From NCBI GenBank assembly GCA_016190465.1, contig JACPQP010000183.1, positions 1-41,077 on the forward strand: a stretch of DNA of 41,077 nt, written 5' to 3'. The first letter of the stretch is position 1. Every line of letters starts with the position of its first letter. Source of the stretch: Chloroflexota bacterium (GTDB lineage: Bacteria > Chloroflexota > UBA6077 > FW602-bin22 > JACPQP01). The translations under genes were made by a program, and so were the position numbers. Of the stretch, positions 6,021-14,957 are shown piece after piece. A model generated the notes under the pieces. The model was not told the origin of the DNA, did no database searches, and worked only from the letters and a program-made list of their open reading frames with translations.

Positions 6021-8924
6021 ATGAGCTTGACGGGTATTCGTCGGAGCACCGAGGACTCGGTCCGCGGCAGCCAGAACCTGAATGGCGAATGGTCCTTCGA
6101 GCTCGATGCCGAACGAGCCGGGGAGCAGGCCGGCTGGCCAGGCGCTCTGCGGCCTCGGACGATTCGGGTCCCCGGCTCCTGGCAGGAACAGGGGTTCGGC
6201 GACGTCGATCCGCATATGGAGCTGCGCAGCCTCCTGTGGCGCCGTCGGTATCACGGCATGGCCTGGTACGCCCGGGAAATCCCGGTTGATCCCGCCTGGG
6301 CCGGCAGCCGGATCGTCCTGGAGCTCGATCGAGTCAACTGGCTGACCCGCTGCTGGGTCAATGGCACCTTCGTCGGCGAAGGCGAAAGCATCGCTACCCC
6401 CCAGCGGTTTGACCTGAGCGCGGCGATTCGACCGGGCGAGACCAACCTCGTCGCGCTCAGCGTGGATAGCTGGCGCCCGGATCTCATCAACTACCACGAA
6501 TGGCAGCGCAACTTTGCCACTTCCGGTAATCCCGGTGGGCTCCTCGGTCCAGCCCGGCTGCTACGCCTGCCGCGGGCGCACGTCGAGCGCGTGGCCATCC
6601 AGCCACGTCTGGCCGAGCGGGTGGCCCGCTGCCAGATCCACCTCCAGGGTGCGGAGCACCTGCCCACCAGCGCGCGGGTGGTCTGTCGGGCCCGGGCCTG
6701 GACCGACGAATCGCTGGGCGCCGGTCCCACCGTGGTGGCGGAGAATCGGGGCGACTTCTGGCAGGCGGATGTTCCGGTGGTCGCACCCCTCCGGCCGTGG
6801 TCGCCGGCCGATCCCTTTCTGTACCTGCTCGAGGTCGAGATCGTCGGCCGGGACGGCGCCCCGCTGGACCAACTCCGCGAGCGCTTCGGCATGCGCGAGG
6901 TATGCATCGACGGGCTGATGGTCCTCCTGAACGGGCAGCCCATCTTCCAGCGGTTCGACGTCGACTTTATGATCTTCCCCAACCAGGGCTATCCGCCCGC
7001 CGACAGGGAACCCTACGTGGCGCGCTTCCGCAAATATCGAGAGTACGGCTTCAACGGGACACGGTGCCACTCGTGGGTGCCCCCGCGGGCCTATTTCGAC
7101 GTGGCCGACGAGGAGGGTCTGCTGATCCAGTGCGAGTTGCCCAACTGGTCGAATATGCTCGACACGGTCTACGTCGAGAAGGCGGGGCCCTTCCTGGCTC
7201 GCGAGTGGGAACGCATCATCGGTGAGTTCCAACCGCACCCGTCGCTGATCGTCCACTGCGTCGGCAACGAGCTCTTGCCGGCCGACGCGGAGGGGCGCTA
7301 CGGGGTCCACTCCCCCTGGATCAACGAGCGCATCCGTCGGGGGCGCCAATTGGATCCCACTCGACTGTACGTCGACAACTCGGGCTTCGTCCGGGTGCCC
7401 CCGGAAGCCGAGTGCCTCGGCGACCTGCTGGTGCCCAGCCTCATCACCGGGGCGAGCCCGGACACGCGCGGCACCTTCTTCCACTATATCCGGGGCGCTG
7501 ACCGCCCGGTCATCGCCCACGAGCACACGCTGACGACGAGCTACCCGAACCTGGACGACGAGCCGCTCTACGAGGGCCACCTGATCCCGACCGGGCTGCG
7601 GCGCACGCGCGAGGCGCTGGCGGCTCGGAGGATGCTCGATCAGTGGCCGGAGTTCCTGCGCGCCGCCGGTCACCAGCAGGTGATCTACATGAAGGAGCTG
7701 TTCGAGAAGGTGCGGCGGACGCCAGGGATGGCCGGCTGGCACATGAACTCGTTCGAAGACAACAACGGCCGCTCCTGGGCGCAGATCGGCTACGTCGACG
7801 GCTTCTTTCGGGACAAAGGATTCACCACCGCGGAAGAAGTGCGACGCTTCGCGGACGACACAGTCGTGCTGATGGCCGCGCCGGAGCGCAACTACTTCGC
7901 CGGGGAGACGTTTACCGCCGAGCTGCTCGTCTCGCACTTCGGCGTCGCCGATGCCGACGCTGTGGTGGTCCGCTGGTCGCTGAGTGGCACTGCCGGCGTG
8001 GTGGCGCAGGGAGAGCTGCCGCCACGGCGATTGCCGAACGGACACGTGACGGTCGTGGGCGGCCTCGAGACGCGTCTGCCGCGGGTGGCGCGGCCGCAGA
8101 AGCTCACGCTGGAGGCCGCGTGCGAGGTCCACGGGCGTGCCACGCAGAACCGCTGGGACTTCTGGGTTTTCCCCCCGGTGATCCTCCGCCGGACCGATCG
8201 TCCAGTCGCCTGTTCTCGTCGGCTGCCCACCGTTCTGGCGCAGTACCCGTTCATGCCGGTCTATGACGTTCGAGAACGACGGGCGCGCTCCTGGGATCCG
8301 TACCGGCTGTACGACGGCGAGGTCGCGATCACCGATGGGCTGGTCGTCCCTCACGACATCGACTTCCTGCTCAACGGCGGGTCGGTCCTCGCGCTCGTCG
8401 GGCCGGATCACCTCCACGAGCCGATCCTCTCGCGCTTCATGCCGCCCTGGTGCTCGTGGATCTTCTTCCCCACCGCGGACTTCGCCCTGACCGGCGCCGT
8501 CGTCCGACAACACCCGCTGATGGATCGCTTCCCGCACGAGGGTTGTCTGGACTGGCAGTTCTATCACCTCGTCGAGGGTGGGACGCTCGCCTGTCTCGAC
8601 GCGCTGCCGGCCGAGCTGCCGGTGGTGGTCCAGGCGGTGGATGCGCCGCAGCGAAGCAAGCGACTGGCATACCTGTTCGAAGCACGGGTGGGGCGCGGGA
8701 AGCTGCTGTTCACGACCTTTCGTCTGGCCGACGGTCTGTTCGATGGAGCGAAGCGGCGAGAGATCGGCGCGCCCAACCTTCAGGTGGACCCGGCGGCGGC
8801 CTACCTGCTCGATCAGATGGTGCGCTACGTTCAGAGCGACGAGTTCGCACCGTCCAGCGAGTTGGCGCCGGTCCACTTGCTTTCGCTGTGCAAGCGGCCG
8901 GCGAGTGAGCGGCTTTTCCATTGA
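6021..8924 (+). CDS. Glycoside hydrolase family 2 protein (beta-galactosidase / beta-mannosidase / beta-glucuronidase-like)
   Basis: ATG 6021 lies 9 nt after AAGGAG (6006-6011). GH2 sugar-binding-domain pattern NGEWSF...VPGSWQEQG...YHGMAWYAREI...LELDRVNWLTRCWVNGTFVGE. TIM-barrel region FNGTRCHSWVPP...ADEEGLLIQCELPNW and HCVGNELLP (acid/base NE). Confidence 0.85.
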   Translation: MSLTGIRRSTEDSVRGSQNLNGEWSFELDAERAGEQAGWPGALRPRTIRVPGSWQEQGFGDVDPHMELRSLLWRRRYHGMAWYAREIPVDPAWAGSRIVLELDRVNWLTRCWVNGTFVGEGESIATPQRFDLSAAIRPGETNLVALSVDSWRPDLINYHEWQRNFATSGNPGGLLGPARLLRLPRAHVERVAIQPRLAERVARCQIHLQGAEHLPTSARVVCRARAWTDESLGAGPTVVAENRGDFWQADVPVVAPLRPWSPADPFLYLLEVEIVGRDGAPLDQLRERFGMREVCIDGLMVLLNGQPIFQRFDVDFMIFPNQGYPPADREPYVARFRKYREYGFNGTRCHSWVPPRAYFDVADEEGLLIQCELPNWSNMLDTVYVEKAGPFLAREWERIIGEFQPHPSLIVHCVGNELLPADAEGRYGVHSPWINERIRRGRQLDPTRLYVDNSGFVRVPPEAECLGDLLVPSLITGASPDTRGTFFHYIRGADRPVIAHEHTLTTSYPNLDDEPLYEGHLIPTGLRRTREALAARRMLDQWPEFLRAAGHQQVIYMKELFEKVRRTPGMAGWHMNSFEDNNGRSWAQIGYVDGFFRDKGFTTAEEVRRFADDTVVLMAAPERNYFAGETFTAELLVSHFGVADADAVVVRWSLSGTAGVVAQGELPPRRLPNGHVTVVGGLETRLPRVARPQKLTLEAACEVHGRATQNRWDFWVFPPVILRRTDRPVACSRRLPTVLAQYPFMPVYDVRERRARSWDPYRLYDGEVAITDGLVVPHDIDFLLNGGSVLALVGPDHLHEPILSRFMPPWCSWIFFPTADFALTGAVVRQHPLMDRFPHEGCLDWQFYHLVEGGTLACLDALPAELPVVVQAVDAPQRSKRLAYLFEARVGRGKLLFTTFRLADGLFDGAKRREIGAPNLQVDPAAAYLLDQMVRYVQSDEFAPSSELAPVHLLSLCKRPASERLFH

Positions 8925-8960
8925 CGGGTCGTCAATTGGCGACGAGGATCAGCCTGCCGC

Positions 8961-8992
8961 TGGCACCCTGGTGACACCCTGTTGGCACCCTT
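8961..8992 (+). promoter_or_regulatory. Three direct repeats phased at 11 bp just upstream of a -35 element
   Basis: caccct occurs at 8964, 8975 and 8986 within tggcaccctg / gtgacaccctg / ttggcaccctt. The last repeat ends 15 nt before TTGACG at 9008. Confidence 0.45.
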
Positions 8993-9007
8993 TTGGCCCA
9001 CGACCCG

Positions 9008-9036
9008 TTGACGCGTTGCCCAGGGCCCACTAGACT
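9008..9036 (+). promoter_or_regulatory. Candidate sigma70-type promoter of the ABC / GH36 operon
   Basis: TTGACG (9008-9013), 17-nt spacer, TAGACT (9031-9036). Confidence 0.5.
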
Positions 9037-9049
9037 CACGATCGATTCA

Positions 9050-9146
9050 TGATTCTGCCGAATACCTCCTGGGAAAGGTCCAGAACGGGGTCCGCTCGTC
9101 CTGGCGGGGTGTGGGGCGGCCCCAGAATGATCAAGGACTTTCCGCG
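9050..9146 (+). repeat. Diverged copy of the structured repeat, preceded by a unit-tail remnant
   Basis: cctcctgggaaaggtccagaacggggtccgctcgtcctggcggggtgtggggcggccccagaatgatcaaggactttccg aligns with the 5716-5804 unit. The preceding ttctgccgaatacctcc resembles the unit tail ttcctgatacctacc. Confidence 0.6.
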
Positions 9147-9292
9147 GCGGCTGGAGGAGGCGGGTGCCGAGAAGCTGGGTTTCACCCGGCGAAGCATCAT
9201 CCCTCTACGAGGTGTTCGGCGTGGAGCCCGGGGAAGGAGGGATCCTCGTACAGGAACGCTGGCTGAACGGTTCGAGTGTGGTGGTCATTACG

Positions 9293-9328
9293 AAACACCG
9301 GAGAAAACACCGGAGAAAATACCGGGAG
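9293..9328 (+). repeat. About 3 x 12-bp tandem repeat immediately upstream of the SD of the binding-protein gene
   Basis: aaacaccggag (9293-9303), aaaacaccggag (9304-9315), aaaataccgggag (9316-9328), followed by AAGGAGG. Confidence 0.7.
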
Positions 9329-9345
9329 TGAAGGAGGTCACCCAA

Positions 9346-10824
9346 GTGGAAAGCGATCTTCGCCCGCGGCGATTCAGTCGACGAGTTCTCCTCGCCGGGA
9401 TGACCGGCGCCAGCGCGGCGCTGCTGGTGGTTGCCTGCGGCGCACCGCCGGCACCGACGCCGACTGCGGCGCCCAAGCCCACTGAGAAGCCGGCGGCGGC
9501 GCCGGTCGCCAAGGCGCCCGCCACCGCCCAGGCAGCGGCTGCGCCCAGCGCCAACATTCGGGGCAAACAGGGCACGCTATGGGGGCTCAAGTACGACCCG
9601 CACGTCGAGACCTACAACCAGCTCGTGGCCGCCTTCGAGAAGAAGACGGGCGCGAAGCTGACCGTTGAGCCGCAGGCGGGGGACGTGGTTGGCGCGGTGG
9701 TCGCGGCGATCGCCGCCGGCGCTCCGCCGGACGTCCACTGCCTCATGGGCAAGGCGCTCTTGCCCCTGCTCATGCGCAAGGTGCTGGTCGATGTGACCCC
9801 ACTCTACCGCGAGATGCAGGTCAACCCCAAGGAGGATTTCGTCGGCGACGCCATCGGGGCGTACTCCTATGACGGCAAGATCTGGGGCGTCCCCGTGGAG
9901 ATCAACAACGTCGGGCATCTCCTGAACGTTCCGTTCGAGGACGTCGAGAAGGCCGGGATCAAGGACAAGACCCCGCCGTGGAACGGCAAGGACTTTTTTG
10001 ACAGCTACGAGCATCTCTGGGAAACCGCCAAGCCGTTGATGGTCAAGGGATCCGACGGCACGGTCAGTCGCTGGGGCCTGAGCAGCAAAGGCTGGGTATC
10101 CGCATCCCTCCTGGGGATGATTCGTAGCCAGGGCGTCAAGTGGTGGGACAAGGACACGAAGAAGTTCAACATCAATTCCGAGGCAGGCATCACCGCCTTC
10201 AAGCTCCTCATCGAGACCCCGGTGAAGCTGGGGATTGAGTCCGAACTCAACACCGCTGGGACGAACGCAGCCCTGGCCGGCAAGGTAGCTATCGCCCGCG
10301 CGGCGATCAGCCCCTCGCTGCGGGGCCGGCCGCTGGGCTACCACTTCGAGATCGCTATGGCTCCGCCGGTCAAGGGTCCCGTGTCGCCGACGGATCCCCT
10401 GTACATTGGCGAAGGTGGCTGGGGCTTCATCGGGTATACGGCCGCCAGGAACAAGGACATCGCCGCGGAGTTCCTGAGGTTCATGACGACCAAGGACGCC
10501 CAGTGGATCTGGGGTTCCTACGCCTTCAGCGGCACCGCCCTGGCCTCTTCTTTCCGCGCCGTGAACGAAGATCCGGCGAGGTGGCCGGAGAAAGACAAGT
10601 GGGAGACGACGTCGGCCCAGCGGTTGATGAGGCACGCCAATCGCGTGGAGTACTACGGCGAAGAATTCGGCTACGCGGGTGAAATCGACAAGCACGCCAA
10701 TGCCGTCGGCGACGAGGTCCGGCAGGGGAAGCTTACCGCCGAGCAAGGAGCGAAGCAATTGCAGGACCTGTTCGAGCAGCAGTACAAGCAGTATCTGGAG
10801 GACCTCAAGAAATACGGTTCCTGA
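9346..10824 (+). CDS. ABC transporter substrate-binding lipoprotein (family 1 / CUT1 sugar type)
   Basis: GTG 9346 follows AAGGAGG. Twin-arginine-like RRFSRR, then lipobox LLVVAC, then a PT/PA-rich linker. Length and composition fit extracellular solute-binding family 1. The upstream part of the 591-aa ORF crosses the repeat element and is not credible as coding sequence. Confidence 0.8.
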   Translation: MESDLRPRRFSRRVLLAGMTGASAALLVVACGAPPAPTPTAAPKPTEKPAAAPVAKAPATAQAAAAPSANIRGKQGTLWGLKYDPHVETYNQLVAAFEKKTGAKLTVEPQAGDVVGAVVAAIAAGAPPDVHCLMGKALLPLLMRKVLVDVTPLYREMQVNPKEDFVGDAIGAYSYDGKIWGVPVEINNVGHLLNVPFEDVEKAGIKDKTPPWNGKDFFDSYEHLWETAKPLMVKGSDGTVSRWGLSSKGWVSASLLGMIRSQGVKWWDKDTKKFNINSEAGITAFKLLIETPVKLGIESELNTAGTNAALAGKVAIARAAISPSLRGRPLGYHFEIAMAPPVKGPVSPTDPLYIGEGGWGFIGYTAARNKDIAAEFLRFMTTKDAQWIWGSYAFSGTALASSFRAVNEDPARWPEKDKWETTSAQRLMRHANRVEYYGEEFGYAGEIDKHANAVGDEVRQGKLTAEQGAKQLQDLFEQQYKQYLEDLKKYGS

Positions 10825-10849
10825 GAGGTCTGCTTCGTCTCAGGAGGGA

Positions 10850-11812
10850 ATGATGGTTTCCAGGGCTCGTAGCGCGGCTGCCACTGCCACCAGAGTCACC
10901 GACCGAGCCGGAGGTGTGGGCCAGGCCATCCGAAAGATCGTCCGTCGGCCACAGCTCTGGTTCGGCGCCGTCGTGCTCGTTCCAACCGTGATCTCCTACA
11001 GCCTGTTTCACTTCATCCCGATGTTCCGCGGCTTGTGGCTGGCGGTGGTCGACTTCGACCCCATCCGTCCCGCGGCGAGCTCATTCATCGGGCTGGCGAA
11101 CTTCTACAAACTCTCACTGAACCCGCTGCTGTTCATCGCCATGCGGAATACCCTGCTCCTGGCCACAATGCAGTTCGTGCTGATGTTGCCTCTCGCCCTG
11201 CTGGTGGCAACCTGCCTGGTCAGCGTCAAACGGGGGACCAACCTCTACCAGGGGTTCATCTTTCTGCCAGTGGTCGTCTCCCTGGTGGCCATCTCGCTGC
11301 TGTTCCGGATGTTGATGGACGCGGATGTCGGCATGTTCAACCGGATCCTGCGCTCCATCGGGCTACCCACTTCTCGCTGGCTCGCCTCGTCGGACTCGGC
11401 GCTGCCGAGCATCGCGGCCATCGACGTCTGGAAGGGGCTCGGGTTCTATGTGATGCTCCTGACGGCGGGGATGTTGAACATCCCCGGTGAGCTGCACGAC
11501 CAGGCCCGAGTTGACGGCGTGAGCGAGTGGCAGCGCTTCTGGTACATTACGCTGCCATTGCTGGGACACACGCTCGTCCTGGTCATGGTGCTCCTGGCCA
11601 TCGGCTCTTTGCAGGTCTATACAGGGGTCGTCGTCCTCACCAACGGGGGACCGGGTAACTCCACCTACGTGTTCAACTTGCTGATCGTCCAGGAAGCCTT
11701 CTCGAACATGCGCTTTGGCACCGCTGCCGCGGCGGCACTGATCCAGCTTGCGTTTGTGTTCGTCATCAGCGTTGTGCAGTTCAAGCTACTCCGGCCCAGG
11801 TGGTCGTATTAG
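10850..11812 (+). CDS. Carbohydrate ABC transporter permease
   Basis: ATG follows AGGAGGGA. Multiple TM segments. EAA-loop block DQARVDGVSEWQRFWYITLPLLGH. Confidence 0.9.
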   Translation: MMVSRARSAAATATRVTDRAGGVGQAIRKIVRRPQLWFGAVVLVPTVISYSLFHFIPMFRGLWLAVVDFDPIRPAASSFIGLANFYKLSLNPLLFIAMRNTLLLATMQFVLMLPLALLVATCLVSVKRGTNLYQGFIFLPVVVSLVAISLLFRMLMDADVGMFNRILRSIGLPTSRWLASSDSALPSIAAIDVWKGLGFYVMLLTAGMLNIPGELHDQARVDGVSEWQRFWYITLPLLGHTLVLVMVLLAIGSLQVYTGVVVLTNGGPGNSTYVFNLLIVQEAFSNMRFGTAAAAALIQLAFVFVISVVQFKLLRPRWSY

Positions 11813-11823
11813 TGCTCGTTTTC

Positions 11824-11862
11824 GGTGCGATCTGGCAGGCATCAGGCCTGCCAGATCGCACC
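11824..11862 (+). other. Perfect 17-bp intercistronic hairpin between the two permease genes
   Basis: ggtgcgatctggcaggc / atcag / gcctgccagatcgcacc. No U-tract follows on either strand. Confidence 0.8.
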
Positions 11863-11894
11863 AGGAACCAGGATTAGGCGGAGGGACTGAAACC

Positions 11895-12758
11895 GTGCGA
11901 AGCCAGACCATGCGCCTGGTAGTCGATTCAGCGCTGCCGCTTCGGCGATACCTTGGCCAGGCAGCGCTCCACGTGGTCCTCCTCCTCTTCTCCTTCATCG
12001 CCGCCGCTCCCTTCATCTGGATGATCTTCGGATCGTTCAAGAGATTCAAAGAGCTGACCAGCTCCATGTATCTGCTGCCACAGGTCTGGACACTGGACAA
12101 CTACGCCGCGATCATCCTGCGCGTCAACTTTGTCGCGGCCTTTCGCAACAGCACCATCGTCGCGGTGTTGACGACGGTGGCGGTGCTGCTGACCTCCGCG
12201 GCGAATGGCTACGTCTTTGCCAAGTATCAGTTCCCCGGCAAGGACCAGCTTTTCGCCTTGCTGCTTTCGACGATGATGGTCCCATTCGCCGTGGTCATGG
12301 TGCCCCTGTATATCTTCATGGTTGACATCGGCGCGGTCAACGGGCTGAGCGCGATCATTCTGCCCGGCCTCTGGTCGACCTTCGGCATTTTCCTGTTGCG
12401 ACAGTTCATGGAGTCCGTTCCTTCGGAGTTGATCGACGCGTGTCGAATCGACGGCGCGTCCGAATGGCGGATCTTCGGCCAGATCATGCTCCCGTTGTCC
12501 GGCGCTCCGCTGGCGGCCCTCGCGATCATGCATTTCCTGGGGAGCTGGGATAGCTTCATGTGGCCGAGTATCGTGTTGCGCAGCCCCGATAAGCAGACAC
12601 TGCCGATCGTCCTGGCCGGGCTCCGCGACCTGTGGTGGGAGCGGTACGATATGTGGATGGCGGGCTCGATGCTGACAGTCGTCCCGGTCATGCTCATTTA
12701 CGCCTTCGCGTCCAGGCAGTTCGTTCGAGGGCTGGCGATGACTGGAATGAGAGGGTAG
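11895..12758 (+). CDS. Carbohydrate ABC transporter permease
   Basis: GTG 11895 lies 9 nt after GGAGGG (11880-11885); ATG 11910 is the alternative. EAA-loop block DACRIDGASEWRIFGQIMLPLSGAP. Confidence 0.88.
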   Translation: MRSQTMRLVVDSALPLRRYLGQAALHVVLLLFSFIAAAPFIWMIFGSFKRFKELTSSMYLLPQVWTLDNYAAIILRVNFVAAFRNSTIVAVLTTVAVLLTSAANGYVFAKYQFPGKDQLFALLLSTMMVPFAVVMVPLYIFMVDIGAVNGLSAIILPGLWSTFGIFLLRQFMESVPSELIDACRIDGASEWRIFGQIMLPLSGAPLAALAIMHFLGSWDSFMWPSIVLRSPDKQTLPIVLAGLRDLWWERYDMWMAGSMLTVVPVMLIYAFASRQFVRGLAMTGMRG

Positions 12759-12775
12759 GAGGAAGGGGTAACCTA

Positions 12776-14920
12776 ATGAACGATGTGCAATCGTCGGAGA
12801 TTGGGACGATGGCCCGGTGGATCGAGCGGGTCTGCGCGGGCGAGGGGACTGCCCGGTTGGGCAGCGGTGGCGAAGAAGGATGGCTCTCATGTGCGCTGCC
12901 GTTCTCCTTTCGCTACGGCGAGCGTGAGTCCGAGGAGCTGCTGCCGGGTTGGCGACGAACCATCAGACGTTCCGCCGGGAACGGACGCACGGTGTGTGCG
13001 CTGGTGCTCACCGACCCGTCGACCGGGATGGAGGTCGACTGGGAGGCGACCAGCTATGTCGACGTTCCGGCGGTCGAATGGCTGCTCTCCTTCCGCAACA
13101 CCGGCGCGAACGACACGTCGCTCCTGGAGGACATCCGGGCGCTGAACCTGGTGCTGGCAACGGACTACCACGAACTGATGGTCTACCACGGGATGGGGGG
13201 CATCGCGACGGCAGGAGCCTTCGAGCCACGCCAGACGATCCTGCCGCGCCACCTGGGTGAGCGCGTGCTCGAGAGGAACCAGTTGCGGCTGGCGCCGGTG
13301 GGGGGTCGCTCGACCAACGGCGACATGCCCTACTTCAACGTCGAGGCCAACTGGGGTGGCTACCGGGGCATCGTGGCGGCGGTCGGCTGGTCCGGACAAT
13401 GGGAGGCCCGGATCAGCCGGTTTGGCGCCGCACCACCACTCGCCGTGGAGCCGGACAACCGGATCCCCCAGACCCAGCTCTCGGCGCTGCGCAACGCCAC
13501 GCGTCTGCGCATCGAGGCGGGGATGGAGCAGACTCACCTGATCCTGCACGCGGGCGAGCGGATTCGCACGCCGCGGATCGTGCTGATCCCGTGGGTAGAC
13601 GATCGGCAGCGGGCCCAGAACACGCTCCGTCGCTTCATCCACCAGCACGTCGCGCCCAGGGAGAACGGCGCCGCGCCGCTGCCCCAGCTGTTCAGCAACC
13701 TGGGGATTGTCGATCCCACCGCGCGGTCGCATTTCCTCGCCCTGGGGGAGACTCACCTCGCCATGGTCCCGAAGATCGCCGCGCTGGGGGTAGACTACCT
13801 GGTGGTCGACGCCGGATGGTACGAGACTCCCCCGCCGGCCCCGGGCGGGCCAGCGTCGTGGTCCAGCGGGGTCGGAAACTACGCGGTCCAGAAGGATGTC
13901 TTCCCGAATGGGCTTCGGCCGCTGGCCGACGAGGTGCGCCGGCACGGGATGAAGTTCGGCCTCTGGTTTGAGCCGGAGCGCGTCTGCGAGGGCACGCAGG
14001 TGTTTCGCGAGCACCGCGACTGGCTCCTGCCCGCGCCGGTCGCCCGCGGCTACATCTTCGACTTCGGCCTGCCCGAAGCGCGAGCGTGGCTGACCGACAC
14101 CATCAGCGGCATCATCGAGGATGTCGGCATCGGCTGGTATCGCCACGACGCCAACGCGAATTACCTACCGGCCTGGCGCTCGGCCGATTCCGTTGACCGT
14201 CAGGGCATCACCGAGATTCGCTACATCGAGGGGCTCTACCAGTTCTGGCAGGAGCTCATGGACCGCCATCCGGGCATAGTGATGGAAGGCTGCGCGAGTG
14301 GTGGACGGCGTATGGACATCGAGGCCCTGCGCTACCATCACAGCTACTTCCACACGGATTGGTTCTCCGGAGATCCGGCGGCCATCCAGAGCCACATGCA
14401 CGGCGGCGGCCACTGGCTGCCCGGCAACTACTTCAACACCTACCAGGGAGGCACGAGCTCGCCGACGGTCGACTCCCGCGAGCGACGCTACGCGTTCTTC
14501 AGCATGCTGGGCGGCGCCGCCATCGTGAGCTGGCGCTGGTTCAACGAGAAGGAGCCGCCGGACCTGGAGCTCGGTCGACGCTGGCTGGCAGAGTTTCGGT
14601 CGCTGCGGCATCTCGCGGTCGGCGACTTCTACCCATTGCTACCGCACACGCTGTCAGAGGGGCAATGGCTCGCCTCTCAGTATCACCGGCCCGACCTGGG
14701 CGAGGGGATGATCCTGGCCTTCCGTCGCCAGTTCTGCCCCAGGCCAACCGTGCGCCTGCTGCCACGGGAGCTGGATCCCAAGGCCATCTACCGGGTCACT
14801 CGCCAGACGAGCCAGGAGCAGCGCGAGCTACGGGGGCGAGAGCTTCTGGCGGGGATCGAGATCCACCTGGACGCCGCCCCGGCGCACGAGGTGATCCACT
14901 ATCACCAGCGGCGAGAGTAG
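12776..14920 (+). CDS. Glycoside hydrolase family 36 alpha-galactosidase-like
   Basis: ATG follows AGGAGGAAGGGG. GH36 hallmark blocks YLVVDAGWYE, MKFGLWFEPERV and MEGCASGGRRMD. Confidence 0.85.
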   Translation: MNDVQSSEIGTMARWIERVCAGEGTARLGSGGEEGWLSCALPFSFRYGERESEELLPGWRRTIRRSAGNGRTVCALVLTDPSTGMEVDWEATSYVDVPAVEWLLSFRNTGANDTSLLEDIRALNLVLATDYHELMVYHGMGGIATAGAFEPRQTILPRHLGERVLERNQLRLAPVGGRSTNGDMPYFNVEANWGGYRGIVAAVGWSGQWEARISRFGAAPPLAVEPDNRIPQTQLSALRNATRLRIEAGMEQTHLILHAGERIRTPRIVLIPWVDDRQRAQNTLRRFIHQHVAPRENGAAPLPQLFSNLGIVDPTARSHFLALGETHLAMVPKIAALGVDYLVVDAGWYETPPPAPGGPASWSSGVGNYAVQKDVFPNGLRPLADEVRRHGMKFGLWFEPERVCEGTQVFREHRDWLLPAPVARGYIFDFGLPEARAWLTDTISGIIEDVGIGWYRHDANANYLPAWRSADSVDRQGITEIRYIEGLYQFWQELMDRHPGIVMEGCASGGRRMDIEALRYHHSYFHTDWFSGDPAAIQSHMHGGGHWLPGNYFNTYQGGTSSPTVDSRERRYAFFSMLGGAAIVSWRWFNEKEPPDLELGRRWLAEFRSLRHLAVGDFYPLLPHTLSEGQWLASQYHRPDLGEGMILAFRRQFCPRPTVRLLPRELDPKAIYRVTRQTSQEQRELRGRELLAGIEIHLDAAPAHEVIHYHQRRE

Positions 14921-14957
14921 CCGACCGCACGATCGAATTACGGGTGGGAACAACACG

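Noticed and set aside
6561-8921. A 786-aa ORF antisense to the GH2 gene. Similar long antisense or shadow ORFs occur at 9577-10758, 12887-14146, 15513-16862, 17049-18008, 19646-21178, 23058-23912, 24650-25969, 36724-37860 and 38075-39892.
   Set aside because: Long stop-free frames opposite real genes are expected at this GC content. Their translations are Arg/Gly/Pro/Asp-rich low-complexity strings with no motifs or SD sequences, and each is fully covered by a motif-supported gene on the other strand.
9296-9315. The caccggag 8-mer is shared between the 12-bp repeats upstream of the binding-protein gene and the reverse complement of the MazE operator repeats (ctccggtg near 21409), hinting at antitoxin control of the transporter.
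   Set aside because: It is a single short shared word in opposite orientations, well within chance for a 41-kb GC-rich window, and nothing else supports a link.
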